Shown here: piece after piece, positions 38,101 to 50,526 of the stretch
How the letters are laid out: every line of letters starts with the position of its first letter
Numbering within the stretch: position 1 is the first letter of the stretch
Assembly: GCF_030028105.1 (NCBI RefSeq)
Contig: NC_092377.1
Coordinates: forward strand, 166,510,104 to 166,574,103
Direction: 5' to 3'
From: Mobula birostris
Taxonomy: Eukaryota
Length of the DNA: 64,000 bases
The notes under the pieces: model-generated
Databases searched by the model: none
What the model was told of the DNA's origin: nothing
What the model saw: only the letters and a program-made list of their open reading frames with translations
Position numbers and translations under genes: made by a program

Positions 38101-38647
38101 CCTACACTGCTCAGTTTTAAATGACTACTCCCTTATCTTGTAAAAATGTCCACACATAAATAAGTTAGACTGCTCTTCTGAAACTTTATTAACTTCAAAG
38201 TTATATTGTGTAATGAAAGCTGAAATTCACTTGTGGAATAGGTCCAGTATATCCACATTTTTAGGGACACAATAAAATTAAACTGGAATTCTGCACTAAT
38301 GTCAAAAATCTAATTCTAAATCACCCGATTTTTAATGCAATATCCTATAACATCCGGAACTGTTTAAGAAATGGTTTAAATATAACTAAATAACCCTGAA
38401 ATAGTTTGCACTCTACATAGAAGCTGAATGGTGTTTAGAAGCTGTGTGCTAAGCACTACTGCAGGTAAGCTACAGCTTCCAAACTCGAGACACAGGCAGG
38501 TGAGAGCATAGTATTACTCTCTAAACAGAGCATCCATATTAACCAGTTAAGAACGACTGACAGTATATTACCCATACATAGTAACACATGCATCTTTTTT
38601 GCTAGATTACATTGCACACAGGCCTAGTAACAAATAGGACACTAAGA

Positions 38648-38901
38648 TTTATTGGCTTTGCAATAATCAATTAAATATATAATCTACATAATGTTCTCAT
38701 TATTCAAATTAGCTAATGGGTATTGTTTGGAAAAGGTCTAATTGTGAACGTCATTGTAGTTTGCAGAGTTTGAGGTTACCCAACCAGTACATACCTTCCA
38801 TCTTGCTTGTTTTACAATCAATTATTATGTGTAATATTTGTATTTATTATTTTTCATTCCTTATTAAATACTGCACCAAAGTATCCTGAATGTGTTTTAT
38901 T
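38648..38901 (-). terminator. Cluster of candidate polb polyadenylation signals
   Basis: AATAAA on - at 38896-38901, 38843-38848 and 38648-38653, in AT-rich unique sequence downstream of the polb stop. Confidence 0.35.
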
Positions 38902-39105
38902 GCTTTTCCTGCACCTTATACAAAAGCTGATCTCAACATGTAAAATTCAACCACTATATACCATCCATATACGCGTTACAGGTAATGAGTAAATGAATGG
39001 AGAATTCTTTCTGGAATTTTTCACTCAGTTCTTCGCTTATCAGGATCATCAGATTCTCACACACACTGAATGTTTGGAGCTTCTCAGCTTGACCTTCATG
39101 GACAT

Positions 39106-39200
39106 TCACTCACTGCGCTCTCTCGGTTCTCGATATTTCCATTCAATATATTCAAAAATGTCTCTTTCACTTTCCACAGGCAGTGGTTCCCCTGGGACTC
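39106..39200 (-). CDS. polb: DNA polymerase beta last exon (14)
   Basis: Acceptor ttctgattgcag|GA. 95 nt encoding (G)[33 protein letters not shown], matching the Pol beta C-terminus. Confidence 0.96.
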
Positions 39201-41124
39201 CTGCAATCAGAACAATACAGCATTAATGAGACAGGAAACTTTTTAAATATACATCACATCAGAGTGGAATAAAACCAGAAAACACTGGAAATACTCAGCA
39301 GGCCAGGTAGATTCTGTGGAGACAGAGAAAGATTCAATGCTTCAGAACACAAGAGATTTTGCAGATGCTGAACGCTGAGCAATGTGTATAGAATGCTGGA
39401 GTAAGTCAGGCAGCCAGGCTCCATAGAGGGGAGTAGAGAGTTGATGTTTTGGTCCAGAACTCTTCATCCAGACTTGATGATGAAGGTTCTTCACTTGAAA
39501 TGTTGACTATTTACTCTTCTACATAGATGCTGCCTGACTTACTGAGATCCTCAGTGTTTTAGAACAAACAGCTTCTATCTGAACCAAGAAAGCTTAAAAT
39601 AAATTATGCTTTCAGTTGCAAAAAAGGGAGAAATGCAGAGACAGCATTGGGAAAGTCTTGAATAGAGTGTGGCCCAAAAGTGACTGACTGAGACAAAGGG
39701 TGATGAAGTATGATTGACCTGGAGAAGGTGGACCTCGGCATTCACTTTCCCTATTAAAGCTAGCTAGGGAATAACAATGAAAACTAAATGTGCCTAAGAT
39801 TTTTGCACAGTACTGTATTTGACAACATGGAGTGGAGAGCAAGCTTGTAAATATGGTGGGAGTAAAGGATATTGGGAATGGCAAGGGTGGAGCACCGCTG
39901 GAGTGGTATAGGACAGGTGGCAGGAAGGAGTGCCAGGGGTAGGTGCAGACACGCCAGGCAAGGTCATTTGATTACAAACAATTGGTTCATTGATCATATA
40001 TTTCTTGTTGCAATTTATAGAAATTGATTATGCCTTGCACTGTACCGCTGTCACAAAACAACAAATTTCACAATATAATTTAGTGATAATAAATCTGATT
40101 CTGATATCCATGGTCTGGCAGAGGAGACTAAATCTCAAATTTCTATGTCTGAGTTTGGAGAAAGATGTAGAAATGCTTCAATGGAATACAAACAAATTGA
40201 GTATATGGGCAAGAACATGACAGATGTAATAGAGCGTGAAAAAAATACAAAGTTTTCCACTAGGATGCACAAAACAGAAATGTAAAGTCTATTTATCAAT
40301 TAGGGAATGGGTAATCTGATGTTTAAAGGGACCAAAGTCACTGACGGGAGGGCAATTGGTACGTTAACCTTTATTACAAGAGGGTCTGACTACATTGTTG
40401 CAGTGATATAGGTTGAGGTGAGACTAACTGCATCAGTTTTGCTCTCCTTACATAATTAAAAGATTACACTATACTTGCAAAGAGGAAACACAGTGAAGTT
40501 CACTATTCACAGCACCAGATCTCACCAAAGTTTCATTGAATGAAGGAACAAAGATTATTCTTTGTTGAAAACAACATTTTCAAATGTTGTGTAACAAACT
40601 TTGTATCAAATCTACAACAAACTTACTATTTAGCTAAGTTTTCATGCACTACATGTGCCCCCACCCTCTAGCCATTACACTAGGAACATGTCACTACCTC
40701 TGTATTATTTTTCCTTGTATTCCCAATGAATTTTTAGTGACCATCCTACACTTAACATATATGGTTTTAAAATCCCACAGTAGTAGGAACATTTTCTATA
40801 CATCTACTGCATTAAACTAATTCATTATCTGAGAAGTCATCAATAATTGCTCAGGAAAATACAGGATTAGAAACTTTTCATCGCTTTAAGACACCACTGA
40901 ACTGTCGCTCTGCAGGGAATCTACCCAGCTCTGACCGCAATTCCTTGACGGTTAAATTTTACCCTGAACATCATGTACAATAGAACTGGTACTGAACGAT
41001 TGGCACATGAAGAATATCTGATCAGGTTTTCAATAAGTTGAACAATTCTAACACACAAAAACATTCTGTAATTATTTTTTACCGGTCTTCGTATCTCTAA
41101 GCCAAAAGATTGAAAAGAGTGAAA

Positions 41125-41640
41125 ACACTCAAAAACTTCTCCAGGTGTACTGCGGAGAGCATTCTGACTGGCTGCATCACCGTCTGGTATGGGGGGGGGG
41201 GCTACTGCACAGGATCGAAAGAAGCTACAGAAAGTTGTAAAATTAGTCAGCTCCATCATGGGTACTAGCCTCTGTAGTATCCAATTCAACTTCATCTTCA
41301 AGGAGCGATAACTCAGAAAGAACTCCCACCACCCAGGACATGCCCTCTTCTCACTGTTACCATCGGGTAGGAGGTATAGAATCCTGAAGGCACACACTCA
41401 GCGATTCAAAAACAGCTTCTTCTCCTCTGCCATCTGATTCCTAAATGGACATTGAACCCTTGGACAGTACCTCACTAGTTTTTATTTTGCTTTTGCACTA
41501 CATATTTTAAACTATTTAATATACTTACTGCAATTCATTTTTAAAAATATTTATTACGTATTGCATTGTATTGCTGCCGCAAAGTTAACAAATTTCACGA
41601 CATATGGCACTGGATAGTAAACCTGATTCTGATTCTGATT
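41125..41640 (+). mobile_element. Rex1/Babar-type LINE 3' fragment
   Basis: ESILTGCITVWY..; cactcagcgattc..aacagcttcttc tail; ends in (GATTCT)n. Confidence 0.8.
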
Positions 41641-42831
41641 TTGCACTTAATCATACTTATCTGCAAAGTAATATCCTCTCAGGTCTGGTATCAGACTCAT
41701 GAAACACTTTTGCATCCTTCCCATTTCCTTTCTTACAATTTGGGAGACAAAAACTATGTGCAGTACTCACCGTGGCATCTAACTGTGCTTTGATGCATTT
41801 AATATACTTTTTATGCTAACTTCTAACTTAATTTCCTTTACAAAAAACACTACAGCAATAAAAAAATATATGGGGTTGTGAACAGATGAAGGCCTTTCAA
41901 TAAAGCTTTAGTAGCCTTCCATTGTTTGGTGAACATGTCCTCTCAACCCTATTTAAACACTATCTTACATTTACTCAACATTCAATTCCATGCACGTTCA
42001 GTAAATTTATTAATGTCTTATATTCTAGTCACATTCTTTGTATTTTCAACACCATCATGCAGATATCGAAAGCCTCCTTTGAAAATTAAAACTAAATAAA
42101 CAACGAATCCTGTAATCAAAGAAATAATAGTAAATTTATGCCACGATAAAAAGAACTGCTCTATTTAGAATGACATGGCAGTAGTGATTTACATGATCTA
42201 ACTGCAGAAAAGTTAAAAAGCTTATAGAATACTCTGGATTTAGTTGAAGAAAGATGAACTAATGTACATAGTTTCTGAGGCGGACAGAAAAGGAACACTA
42301 ACGGAGTTAAAGGGGGAGGACAGGATTTGCTCTCTCAATACTCTGAAATCCTGAAAATACTCCTGGGCAAAAAAAGCACGCATTCCTAAAGAATAATCAC
42401 AGTACTCCAGATACACCATCGTCTAAACTTTGTATTAGCAATGCCAGGAAACTCATTGTATTTGCCATCCTTGCACTACAAAACCATTAGTAACTTATAG
42501 ACATTTACCCAAATGGAGGAATTCCAAAGCTAATGCCAGTAATTTAACACAACTCTGTAGGTGAGCTTTGATTTGGACAGAAGTTAATAGGGAACAGAAT
42601 CGATGCACTAATTCCCTAATAATTAGGGATAACCCATTTGAAGATTCTGTAGCAGGTTCTAGAAGAGTTTAGATTTATACTTAGGGTTATGTCAATGATA
42701 AAACACCTCATTCTGATTCTAAGTTTCACTGCAGTAGTAAATGTAGCTGGAAGGGGTCTAGGAAACAGATTTTCAATTGCTTATTGAATCACTAGTCTTT
42801 GACATCCATTTAACAAAATATTTCTGAAATA

Positions 42832-43650
42832 CAGTGGATTCCAGTTTATTTGGACACATCGGGACCAGTACACCTTGGCCCAATTAAGCAGCTGCCCTAA
42901 TTAACCAAAGTTTCATGGAAATAGTTAAAAAGGTATAAAAAAGACAAACTACCATTTAACTGAGTAACAAATTATATATTTAAATGAAATACAGAACAAA
43001 TTGGAACACTACAGTACTATAAAACTGTACATTGGTTCCTAATAGTTATCGATGGAGGAATTCATAAGGTGTATACCATTCTTTTGAAAGAGTGTAAATG
43101 AACACAACCAGCACAAACTCCTAGTGTAGATAATGGACTGCCTTCATACAATGCTTTTGATTTCATCCTCCAATTCTTCATTTTCATTTTACCATTCAAA
43201 ATGATTGTTGATACCTTCAAATTCTTCATAGTCCCTAACTTGTTGAAGTCGTAAAACAGTTTCATTTTCATTGCTGGCCGTTTCTGGCACCTCCAAGCCT
43301 GAATGCTTAGAACCACAGTGAGCAAAACAATTCTGAATTGCCTTATTTCTTATTTCTTGCCAACAATCAGAAAGAAAAATCACTGATTTTTGAACACAAG
43401 CACGTGTAATTTATGCTATTTAAAATCTGTTTGCTCTAAGCACAGTGTAGTGTCTAACGGCCACACAAGGACACGTATCCGATGCTACCTAGAAACTGTT
43501 TGGCAACAGTGTCCTGTCCCAGTTAAGTGTCCCAAATCAATGAAGGGAATCCCAGGTATTTTCTCAATTAGTTTTTGTTCTTTAAAAGTTGTCCCAAATA
43601 AACAGTTGCTCTGATTAACCAATGGCCTAATTAACTGAAATTGATTATAT
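42832..43650 (-). mobile_element. Tigger/pogo-type Tc1-mariner remnant
   Basis: TA|CAGTGGATTCCAGTT terminus and a degenerate opposite end. The - strand reads W.EI..KAIQNCFAHCG, like the Tigger transposase C-terminus. Confidence 0.7.
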
Positions 43651-43940
43651 ATCCAATCCAACGTGTTGACGACGCACATACCAACATTTTCTACCTCATT
43701 TATAGAGAGGATAAAATAGTTCAAATTGTAAACCTCTAGCTGGTAATTATTCCTGACTTTTATATTTTCTGAAGAGTTCTCCATCAAAATCCTTTATTTA
43801 TCATTTGCTGTGGGGTTCATAATTAAAAATCAAAGGCCCACTCTTAAAGCAGCTTAATTGTTTGGTTTTTAAAATTAGTTTATTAAAGAAATACTCAATC
43901 CATGTTTACATTGAGACTTCCAATATCATTCTGCTCCTAC

Positions 43941-44080
43941 CTGTGGTTCCCAGTGGGCGAATAGTGTACTCATTCAAGGTGAAGCCTTTCTCTAATGCCT
44001 GGGTCCGCATGTTCTTGTTAAAAAGATCACTGCCCGTGAAATAAAGCACACCGCAGAAATACTGATCTTTTGGAATAAGC
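43941..44080 (-). CDS. polb: DNA polymerase beta exon 13
   Basis: Acceptor tttttcttttag|G and donor ACAG|gtagga. 140 nt encoding (R)[46 protein letters not shown], with the X-family YFTGS motif. Confidence 0.97.
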
Positions 44081-44345
44081 CTAAAAGAAAAACACAAGCC
44101 AAAGGACAATAAGTTGGCAGATAATGGAAATGTTTGAATCTTACACTTATTCTTAATGGGTAGTACCTGTATGCTAACTTGACCATTTTCTGAAATAATG
44201 TCAATAGAAACTTCCTTTTCAAAAACATAGTAACAACCAAAATACCCTTTAGAAGCAGACCTGCTTCCTCCTTAGCATAGTCTATCCACAGATTCTGATT
44301 CAGGCATTTTATCAACAGTATCTGCAATCAAGTTAAAGGCATAGA

Positions 44346-44680
44346 GGGGCGGCACGTTTACACAGTGGTTAGCACCAGTTGAAAGATTGGGGTTCAATTC
44401 CCACCACTGTCTGTAAGGAGTTTCAACGTTCTCCCCATGTCCACATGGGTTTCCTCTGGGTGGTCCGACTTCCTCCCATGTTCCAAAATATGTATGGCTT
44501 AGGGTTAATGAGTCGTGGGCATACTACCATCCGTCACTGGAATGTGGGAGGAAACTGGAGCACCCAGAGGAAATCCACACAGTCAAGAGGAGAACGTACA
44601 AACTCCTTCTGGACAGCAACGGGAATTGAACCCCGACTGGAGATTGCTGGTGCTGTAATAGCCTTACACTAACTGCTACA
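44346..44680. mobile_element. Two V-SINE 5' halves in inverted (tail-to-tail) orientation
   Basis: + copy 44346-~44540 and - copy ~44541-44680. The B-box and V-domain segments are mutually complementary. Confidence 0.8.
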
Positions 44681-45255
44681 TTAGGACAGAACATCAAAAT
44701 CATTTACAGAAGTTCCTGTTTTCTTATTGCCAGATCAAAAGTCCTCACTGGAACAGACTCACAGCTCTTATTATATTTTAACCTTATTAAGTTTTCTTCA
44801 ACATTTAATTTATGAATAATATAACACTGGACATGCTTCAAGATGGTTTTATTGACTTCATTTTGAAGCTTGCCAGTTGCACTCTGTTGGTGGAAAATGC
44901 TCACCCTGTGGTATCAAATGTGAATTGAAAGAGGAAAGAAAACGGAGTTCAAGATATCCACTGTTCTTAAGCTAAAAACAAAGATAAACACAATGACAAT
45001 TTAGACAGATATATTATGCTGGAAGATCAACAAGAGTGGTAAATTTGCCTAAATGGAAAATATACACTAATTAACACTAGAATGGTAAAGATAATCATAA
45101 AACCAACTATAGACTCAGTATAGTTGGGAGGAACAAAAGGCTGTCCATTGCGACAGAGATGAAACATAAAATACAGAAGAGTACAGCACAGTGAGCTCTT
45201 TGGCCCACAACATTGTGCTGACCTATATAAATGCTCACAATTAACATAAACCTTT

Positions 45256-45386
45256 GCAACTGACGAAGGGTCTCGGCCTGAAACGTCGACTGTACCTCTT
45301 CCTAGAGATGCTGCCTGGCCTGCTGCATTCCCCAGCAACTTTGATGTGTGTTGCTTGAATTTCCAGCATCTGCAGAATTCCTGTTG
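45256..45386 (+). mobile_element. 131-bp Penelope tail insertion with a 15-bp TSD
   Basis: TTAACATAAACCTTT at 45241-45255 and 45387-45401. The insert carries CTGACGA-AGGGTCTCGGCCT-GAAA-CGTC-GACTG. Confidence 0.9.
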
Positions 45387-45547
45387 TTAACATAAACCTT
45401 TCCTCCATTTTTCTTTCATCCATGTGTCTATCTCAGAATTGGCCTCAATGTATCTGCCTCTATACCACTCCTGGCAGTACATTCTAGGCACCCACCACTC
45501 TCTGTGTAAAAAAAAACCTACCTTTGACATCTTCCCTAAACTTTCCT

Positions 45548-45930
45548 CCATCATCATCATTATGTACCGCGTCATATGATGTGGACAATCATGATCTTTC
45601 CATGACCATGATTGTTCTTAGCAAGTTTTCTACAGAAGTGACAGGCGATTGCCTTCTTCTGGGCAGTGTCTTTACAGGACAGATGGCCTTAGCCATTATC
45701 AATACTCTTCAGAGATTGTCTGCCTGGCGTCAGTGGTCACATAACCAGGACTTGTGATATGCACTGGCTGCTCGTACGACCATCCACCACCGGCTCCCAT
45801 GGCGTCTTGTGATCCTGACTGGGGCACTAAGCAGGTGCTACACCTTGCCCAAGGGTGACCTGCAGGCCAGTGGAGGGAAGGAGTGCCTTACACCTCTTTT
45901 GGTAGAGATATATCTCCACCTTGCCACCAA
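45548..45930 (-). mobile_element. SINE with a CORE-like block and (ATG)n tail
   Basis: On -: gtcacccttgggcaagg block and a terminal ATGATGATG repeat. Confidence 0.55.
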
Positions 45931-46302
45931 TTAGGCACATTATTCCAATATTAAAATTAGTATTATTTTTATCTTAAAATAATTTAATTAATTTCAGTTT
46001 ATTGTGTGCCTGAATAGACTTCTTTAAATTTTAATTATATTTTTAAATTATTTTAGACACGTTAGATTGTTCAAAAGGCCACCAAGGCATTTCAGAGGCA
46101 TGCTACAAGGGAGGACATTTCCTGAAGCTCTGCTAAGTACCTGAAAGTTGAACAATTGTAAGCTGTTTAACAAACACAAAAGAAGAGCTCACTATTCAGT
46201 TTTAAAGCCACAGACAAAGCACGTCTGGATATGTAGGTGTCAAGTTTAAGAGATGCCCTCCCCTCTATCACCAGTGATAATCTACCCCCTGAAATGACAG
46301 AT

Positions 46303-47120
46303 TTTTTCTTTCTTTTCAAATCTTTTTATTATTATCCAAAATTAACAAGAGTACATTGAAGTAGGAAACACTTACAATGTCTCAAGAAAAAAAACATTGT
46401 TTTAAAGATTGAAAAAATTTTGGTGACAAAAAAAGAGAAAAAAAAACTCTACTAAAGCAAAGAAAAGTGAGAAAAAACCCATTAGGTGTTCAACCCCGGA
46501 GCCGTGCGCCACACAAAAAGCTTCATTCATAAACATCAAACCACCAGCAAGAAACAAAAATGTACCAAAAATTTACAATTAGATCGTGGAGGAAATCTAT
46601 CAATTAACTCAATTAATAGTAACGAGCAAAAGAACCCCATCTTTTCTCAAAATCAAACATAGGTTCAAAAGTTCGACTTCTAATTTTCTCCAAACTAAGA
46701 CATAGCATCACTTGAGAGAACCATTGTGACAAAATGGGAGCCGGCGTATCCTTCCACTCCAACAAAATGGCCCTCCTAGCTATCAATGTAACAAATGCAA
46801 TAATATGTTGGTCAGAGATAACACGGATATTTTGAGGAATTATTCCAAAAAACACAGTTAATTTGTTAGGTTGTAAATTCATTTTAAGTGCTTTAGAAAT
46901 GTAGAAAAAACTGACTTCCAGAACTGTTCCAGTATAGAACAGGAACAAAACATGTGTGTTAGTGCAGCTGTCTCAGTTTTATATCTATCACAATAACTAT
47001 CAACATTAGAAAACATTTTAGACAATCTCTCCTTCGTCAAATAGTAATGATGTACAATTTTAAATTGAATCAGTGAATGATTAGCACAGATCGAAGAAGG
47101 GTTAACCAACTTCAGATTTT
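46303..47120 (-). mobile_element. L1/Tx1-clade LINE 3' fragment
   Basis: SSICANHSLIQFKIVH..CDR..THMFC; RRAILLEWK..CLSLEKIR. Paralogous to 1-1828. Confidence 0.88.
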
Positions 47121-47209
47121 TTAAACAACATTCAATCCCTGATCCTCTCTAATCCCAATGAAGAAGAGCAACACAGTGTCCATGTCTCGTGAGTAACCAG
47201 TCCTCATAG

Positions 47210-47915
47210 AAAACAAACCAATCCTTATTGAGGGATCAGAAGTGGAGAGAGTCAGCAGTTTCAAGTTCCTGGGTGTTAATATCTCTGAGAATCTAACCTG
47301 GTCCCAACATATTGATGTAGCTATAAAGAAGGCAAGACGGCGGCTATATTTCATTAGGAGTTTGAGGAAATATGGCTTATTACCTAAACTACTCAAAAAC
47401 CTCTTCAGATCTACAGTGGAGAGCATTCTAACAGGGTGCATCACCATCTGGTATAGGTGGGGGGGGGGCTACTGCACAGGATCAAAGTAAGCTGCAGAGA
47501 TTGATAAAATTAGTCAGCTCCATCCTGGGCACCAGCCTCCATAGCATCCAAGACACCTTCAAGGAGTGATGCCGCAAAAAGGCTGTATCCATCATTAAGG
47601 ACCCCCACCACCCAGGACGTGCCCTCTTCTCATTGCTACCATCAGGGAGGAGGTACAGGAGCCTGAAGACCCACACTCAGCGATTCAGGAACAGCTTCTT
47701 CCCCTCTGCCATTGAATTTCTGAATGGACACTGAACCCATGAACACTCCCTCGCTGCTTTTTAAAAGATTTTGTCTTTGCACTACTTATTTTAACTATTT
47801 GATATACACAGATATTACTCACTGTAATTCAGTTTTTTCTATTTTTATCATGTATTACTTTGTACTGCTGCTGCAAAGTTAACGAATTACACGACATAAC
47901 CGGTGATATTAAAAA
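47210..47915 (+). mobile_element. Rex1/Babar-type LINE 3' fragment
   Basis: ERVSSFKFLGVNISENLTWSQHI..ARRRLYFIRSL..VESILTGCITIWY. Confidence 0.88.
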
Positions 47916-48561
47916 TGATTCTGATCAATTTACCATTGCTCTACCCTCCACTGCCTTCTGTTTGTGTAAATCTCCACCTATCTTTACAAACTTGAGGTCT
48001 GTGACGTATTGCACAGAGCCCACTACTCTCTGCGGTTTCTTGTGTTCCTGCTGATCTGAACCGCAATGCCACACCATGATGAAACCAGTCAGGGTACTTT
48101 CAACAGGACATCTGTGGAAGGTTGGAAGTTTCTTAACTTTCTAAGAAAGTAAAGATACTAGCACTCTTCCCTTGTGATTGCATATATGTGTTGCCCAAGG
48201 ACAGATCATCCAATATGTTAATGCGCAGAAATTTAAAACTATCAACTCTCACTGCTGATCCCCCAGTGTGCACTGGTACGGGTGCGCCCTCCGTCTCCTC
48301 CCAGAATTTAATAATCAACCCGTTAAGTTCGCTGACATTGAGTGTGAAGTTGTTTTTGAGGCATTACTCAACCAAGTAACCTACTTTGTTCCCGGAAGCT
48401 GACTCATTGCCACCAGTGATATGTCCAACATAATGTCATTGATGAATCTGAAGATGGCTCTTGCATCAGAGTTAACTATGTACACATGTACAGAGAGCAG
48501 AACAAGGGGCTAAGCATGCTGCACTGAAAAAAGATCTAATGCTTTCCCAGTTTTTCTGACA

Positions 48562-48699
48562 AATAAACTTTTCTCGGGCTTCCAGCTGAGTACAGGTGTC
48601 AATTTTAACCAATGTTTCAATGACAAACTCTGCAGAGTTTGTCCTGGAAACATCGGTCAGTCGATACTGATACTCGACTGGAAGCCTGAGAAGTTTATT
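48562..48699. repeat. Second palindromic element with a perfect 22-nt centre
   Basis: AATAAACTT..CTCGGGCTTCCAG / CTGGAAGCCTGAG..AAGTTTATT outer arms and centre GACAAACTCTGCAGAGTTTGTC (48622-48643). Confidence 0.75.
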
Positions 48700-49302
48700 C
48701 GACGTTGTATTGATTGTGTTGATGGTCAGCAAGGAGATGCTGTTACCAATCCTCACTGCTTGTCAAGTATCCAGTTGCAGAGGGAGGTAAAGAGTCCCAG
48801 ATCTTGAAACCTGATGGTGAGTTTGATAGAATGATTATGTTGAACACCCAGTTACAGTCAATGAACAGCAGCCTGCCATGAGTTCCTTTTGCCTAGATGG
48901 TCCACAGCAAAAAGAGCTACAGAAATCACATCTGCTGTTACCCTACTGAGATGGTGTGCTTATTTGATCATCCAATGAAGAAATTCAAGCTCACCTTTGC
49001 ATGAGAAAATCCTTATATACGACTAGGCGGTTGGAAGCTATTGCAAGTATTTTGACCTGACTTTAGATAAATTGAGCAAAGTTCATATAAATTACTGATG
49101 AATGCTGCTAGGAATGGTGCATTTGTACAGTAACAAAAATGCTCCACTTGGAGATTGCCAATTCCATTGTTTTTAAAAAAGTAATGCTACTCACTCTGAT
49201 AATATTAAGCTGATGTTGTGAATGTTACTTAACAGATAAATGGACAAACAACTCAGAGAATTTAATGAAAATATTTAATCAAAGACTTTGTCATAGAAAA
49301 AT

Positions 49303-49609
49303 AAAATACAGGCATCTGTTAGTCTCATGAGACCATGGATTTACGCCTTGGAAGGTTTCCAGGGCGCAGGCCTGGGCAAGGTTGTATGGAAGAGCGGCAG
49401 TTGCCCATGCTGCAAGTCTCCACTCCCCACACCACTGATGTTGTCCAAGGGAAGGGCATTAGGGCCGATACAGCTTGGGACCAGTGTCGTCGCAGAGCAA
49501 TGTGTGGTTAAGTGCCTTGTTCGAGGACACAACACGCTGTCTCATCTGAGGCTCGAACTAGCGACCTTCAGATCACTAGACTGATGCCTTAACCACTGGG
49601 CCACGTGCC
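49303..49609 (-). mobile_element. tRNA-headed SINE with a CORE-like block
   Basis: On -: GGCACGTGGCCCAGTGGTT A-box, GTTCGAGCC B-box and gtgtcctcgaacaaggcacttaa. Near-identical family member at 57827-58139. Confidence 0.82.
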
Positions 49610-50015
49610 AACACATAGAAACATAAAAAACCTGCAGCACAATCCAGGCCCTTCAGCCCACAAAGTTGTGCCAAACACGTCCCTACCTTAGAAATTACTA
49701 GGTTTACCTATAGCCCTCTATTTTTCTAAGCTCCATGTACCTATCCAAAAGTATAGAAACAAAAGAGATGCAGCAAAGGTTTTTGTTAACTTTGAATTTA
49801 GAGATTAAGTTGCTGAGGGTTTAAAGATTTGTTCTCAGGGTATGTGACTGGTGCAAAGATGACACTCATTGTTTTAACTGGCTTTGGAAAAGCAGCTGTG
49901 AACCTACTCCTGAACCACCACAGTTAGTATGGTGAAAGCCCCGCGAGGCACTTTGGGACGAGGGTTTGAGACTTTGATCTGAGATCTTGGAAAGAAGGTC
50001 ACATTGCTTTATGTA

Positions 50016-50526
50016 CACTCAATGACCACTTTGGTAGATACACCTGCACACAAGCTCATCAACGCAATATCTAATCAGCCAATCATGTGACAGCAACTCA
50101 ATGCATAAAAGCATGCGAACATTGTCAAGAGGTTCAGTTGTCATTGAGGCCAAAGTTCAGAATGGAGAAGAAATGTGATCTAAGTGACTTTGACCGTGGT
50201 TTTGTATTATTGGTGCCAGATGGGATGGTTTGAGAATCTCAGAAACTGCTGATCACGCATAAAAGTCTCTAACATTTACAGAGAACGGTGCAAAAAAAAG
50301 TCATCTAGTAAGCAGTAGTTCTAGGGGGGGAAATGCCTCGTTAACTAGAGAGGTCAGAGGAGAATGGTTCAAGCTGACAGTAACTGAAATAACCACGCAT
50401 TACAACAGTGATGTGCAGAAGAGCATTTCTGAACACAACACATCAAACATTAAAGTGAATGAGCTAAAGCAGCAGAACACCGCAAACATACACTCAGTGG
50501 CTATTTCATTAGGTTCAGGTGGTACT
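50016..50526 (+). mobile_element. Tc1-derived non-autonomous element, degraded
   Basis: Same family as 12894-13493. Confidence 0.75.
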
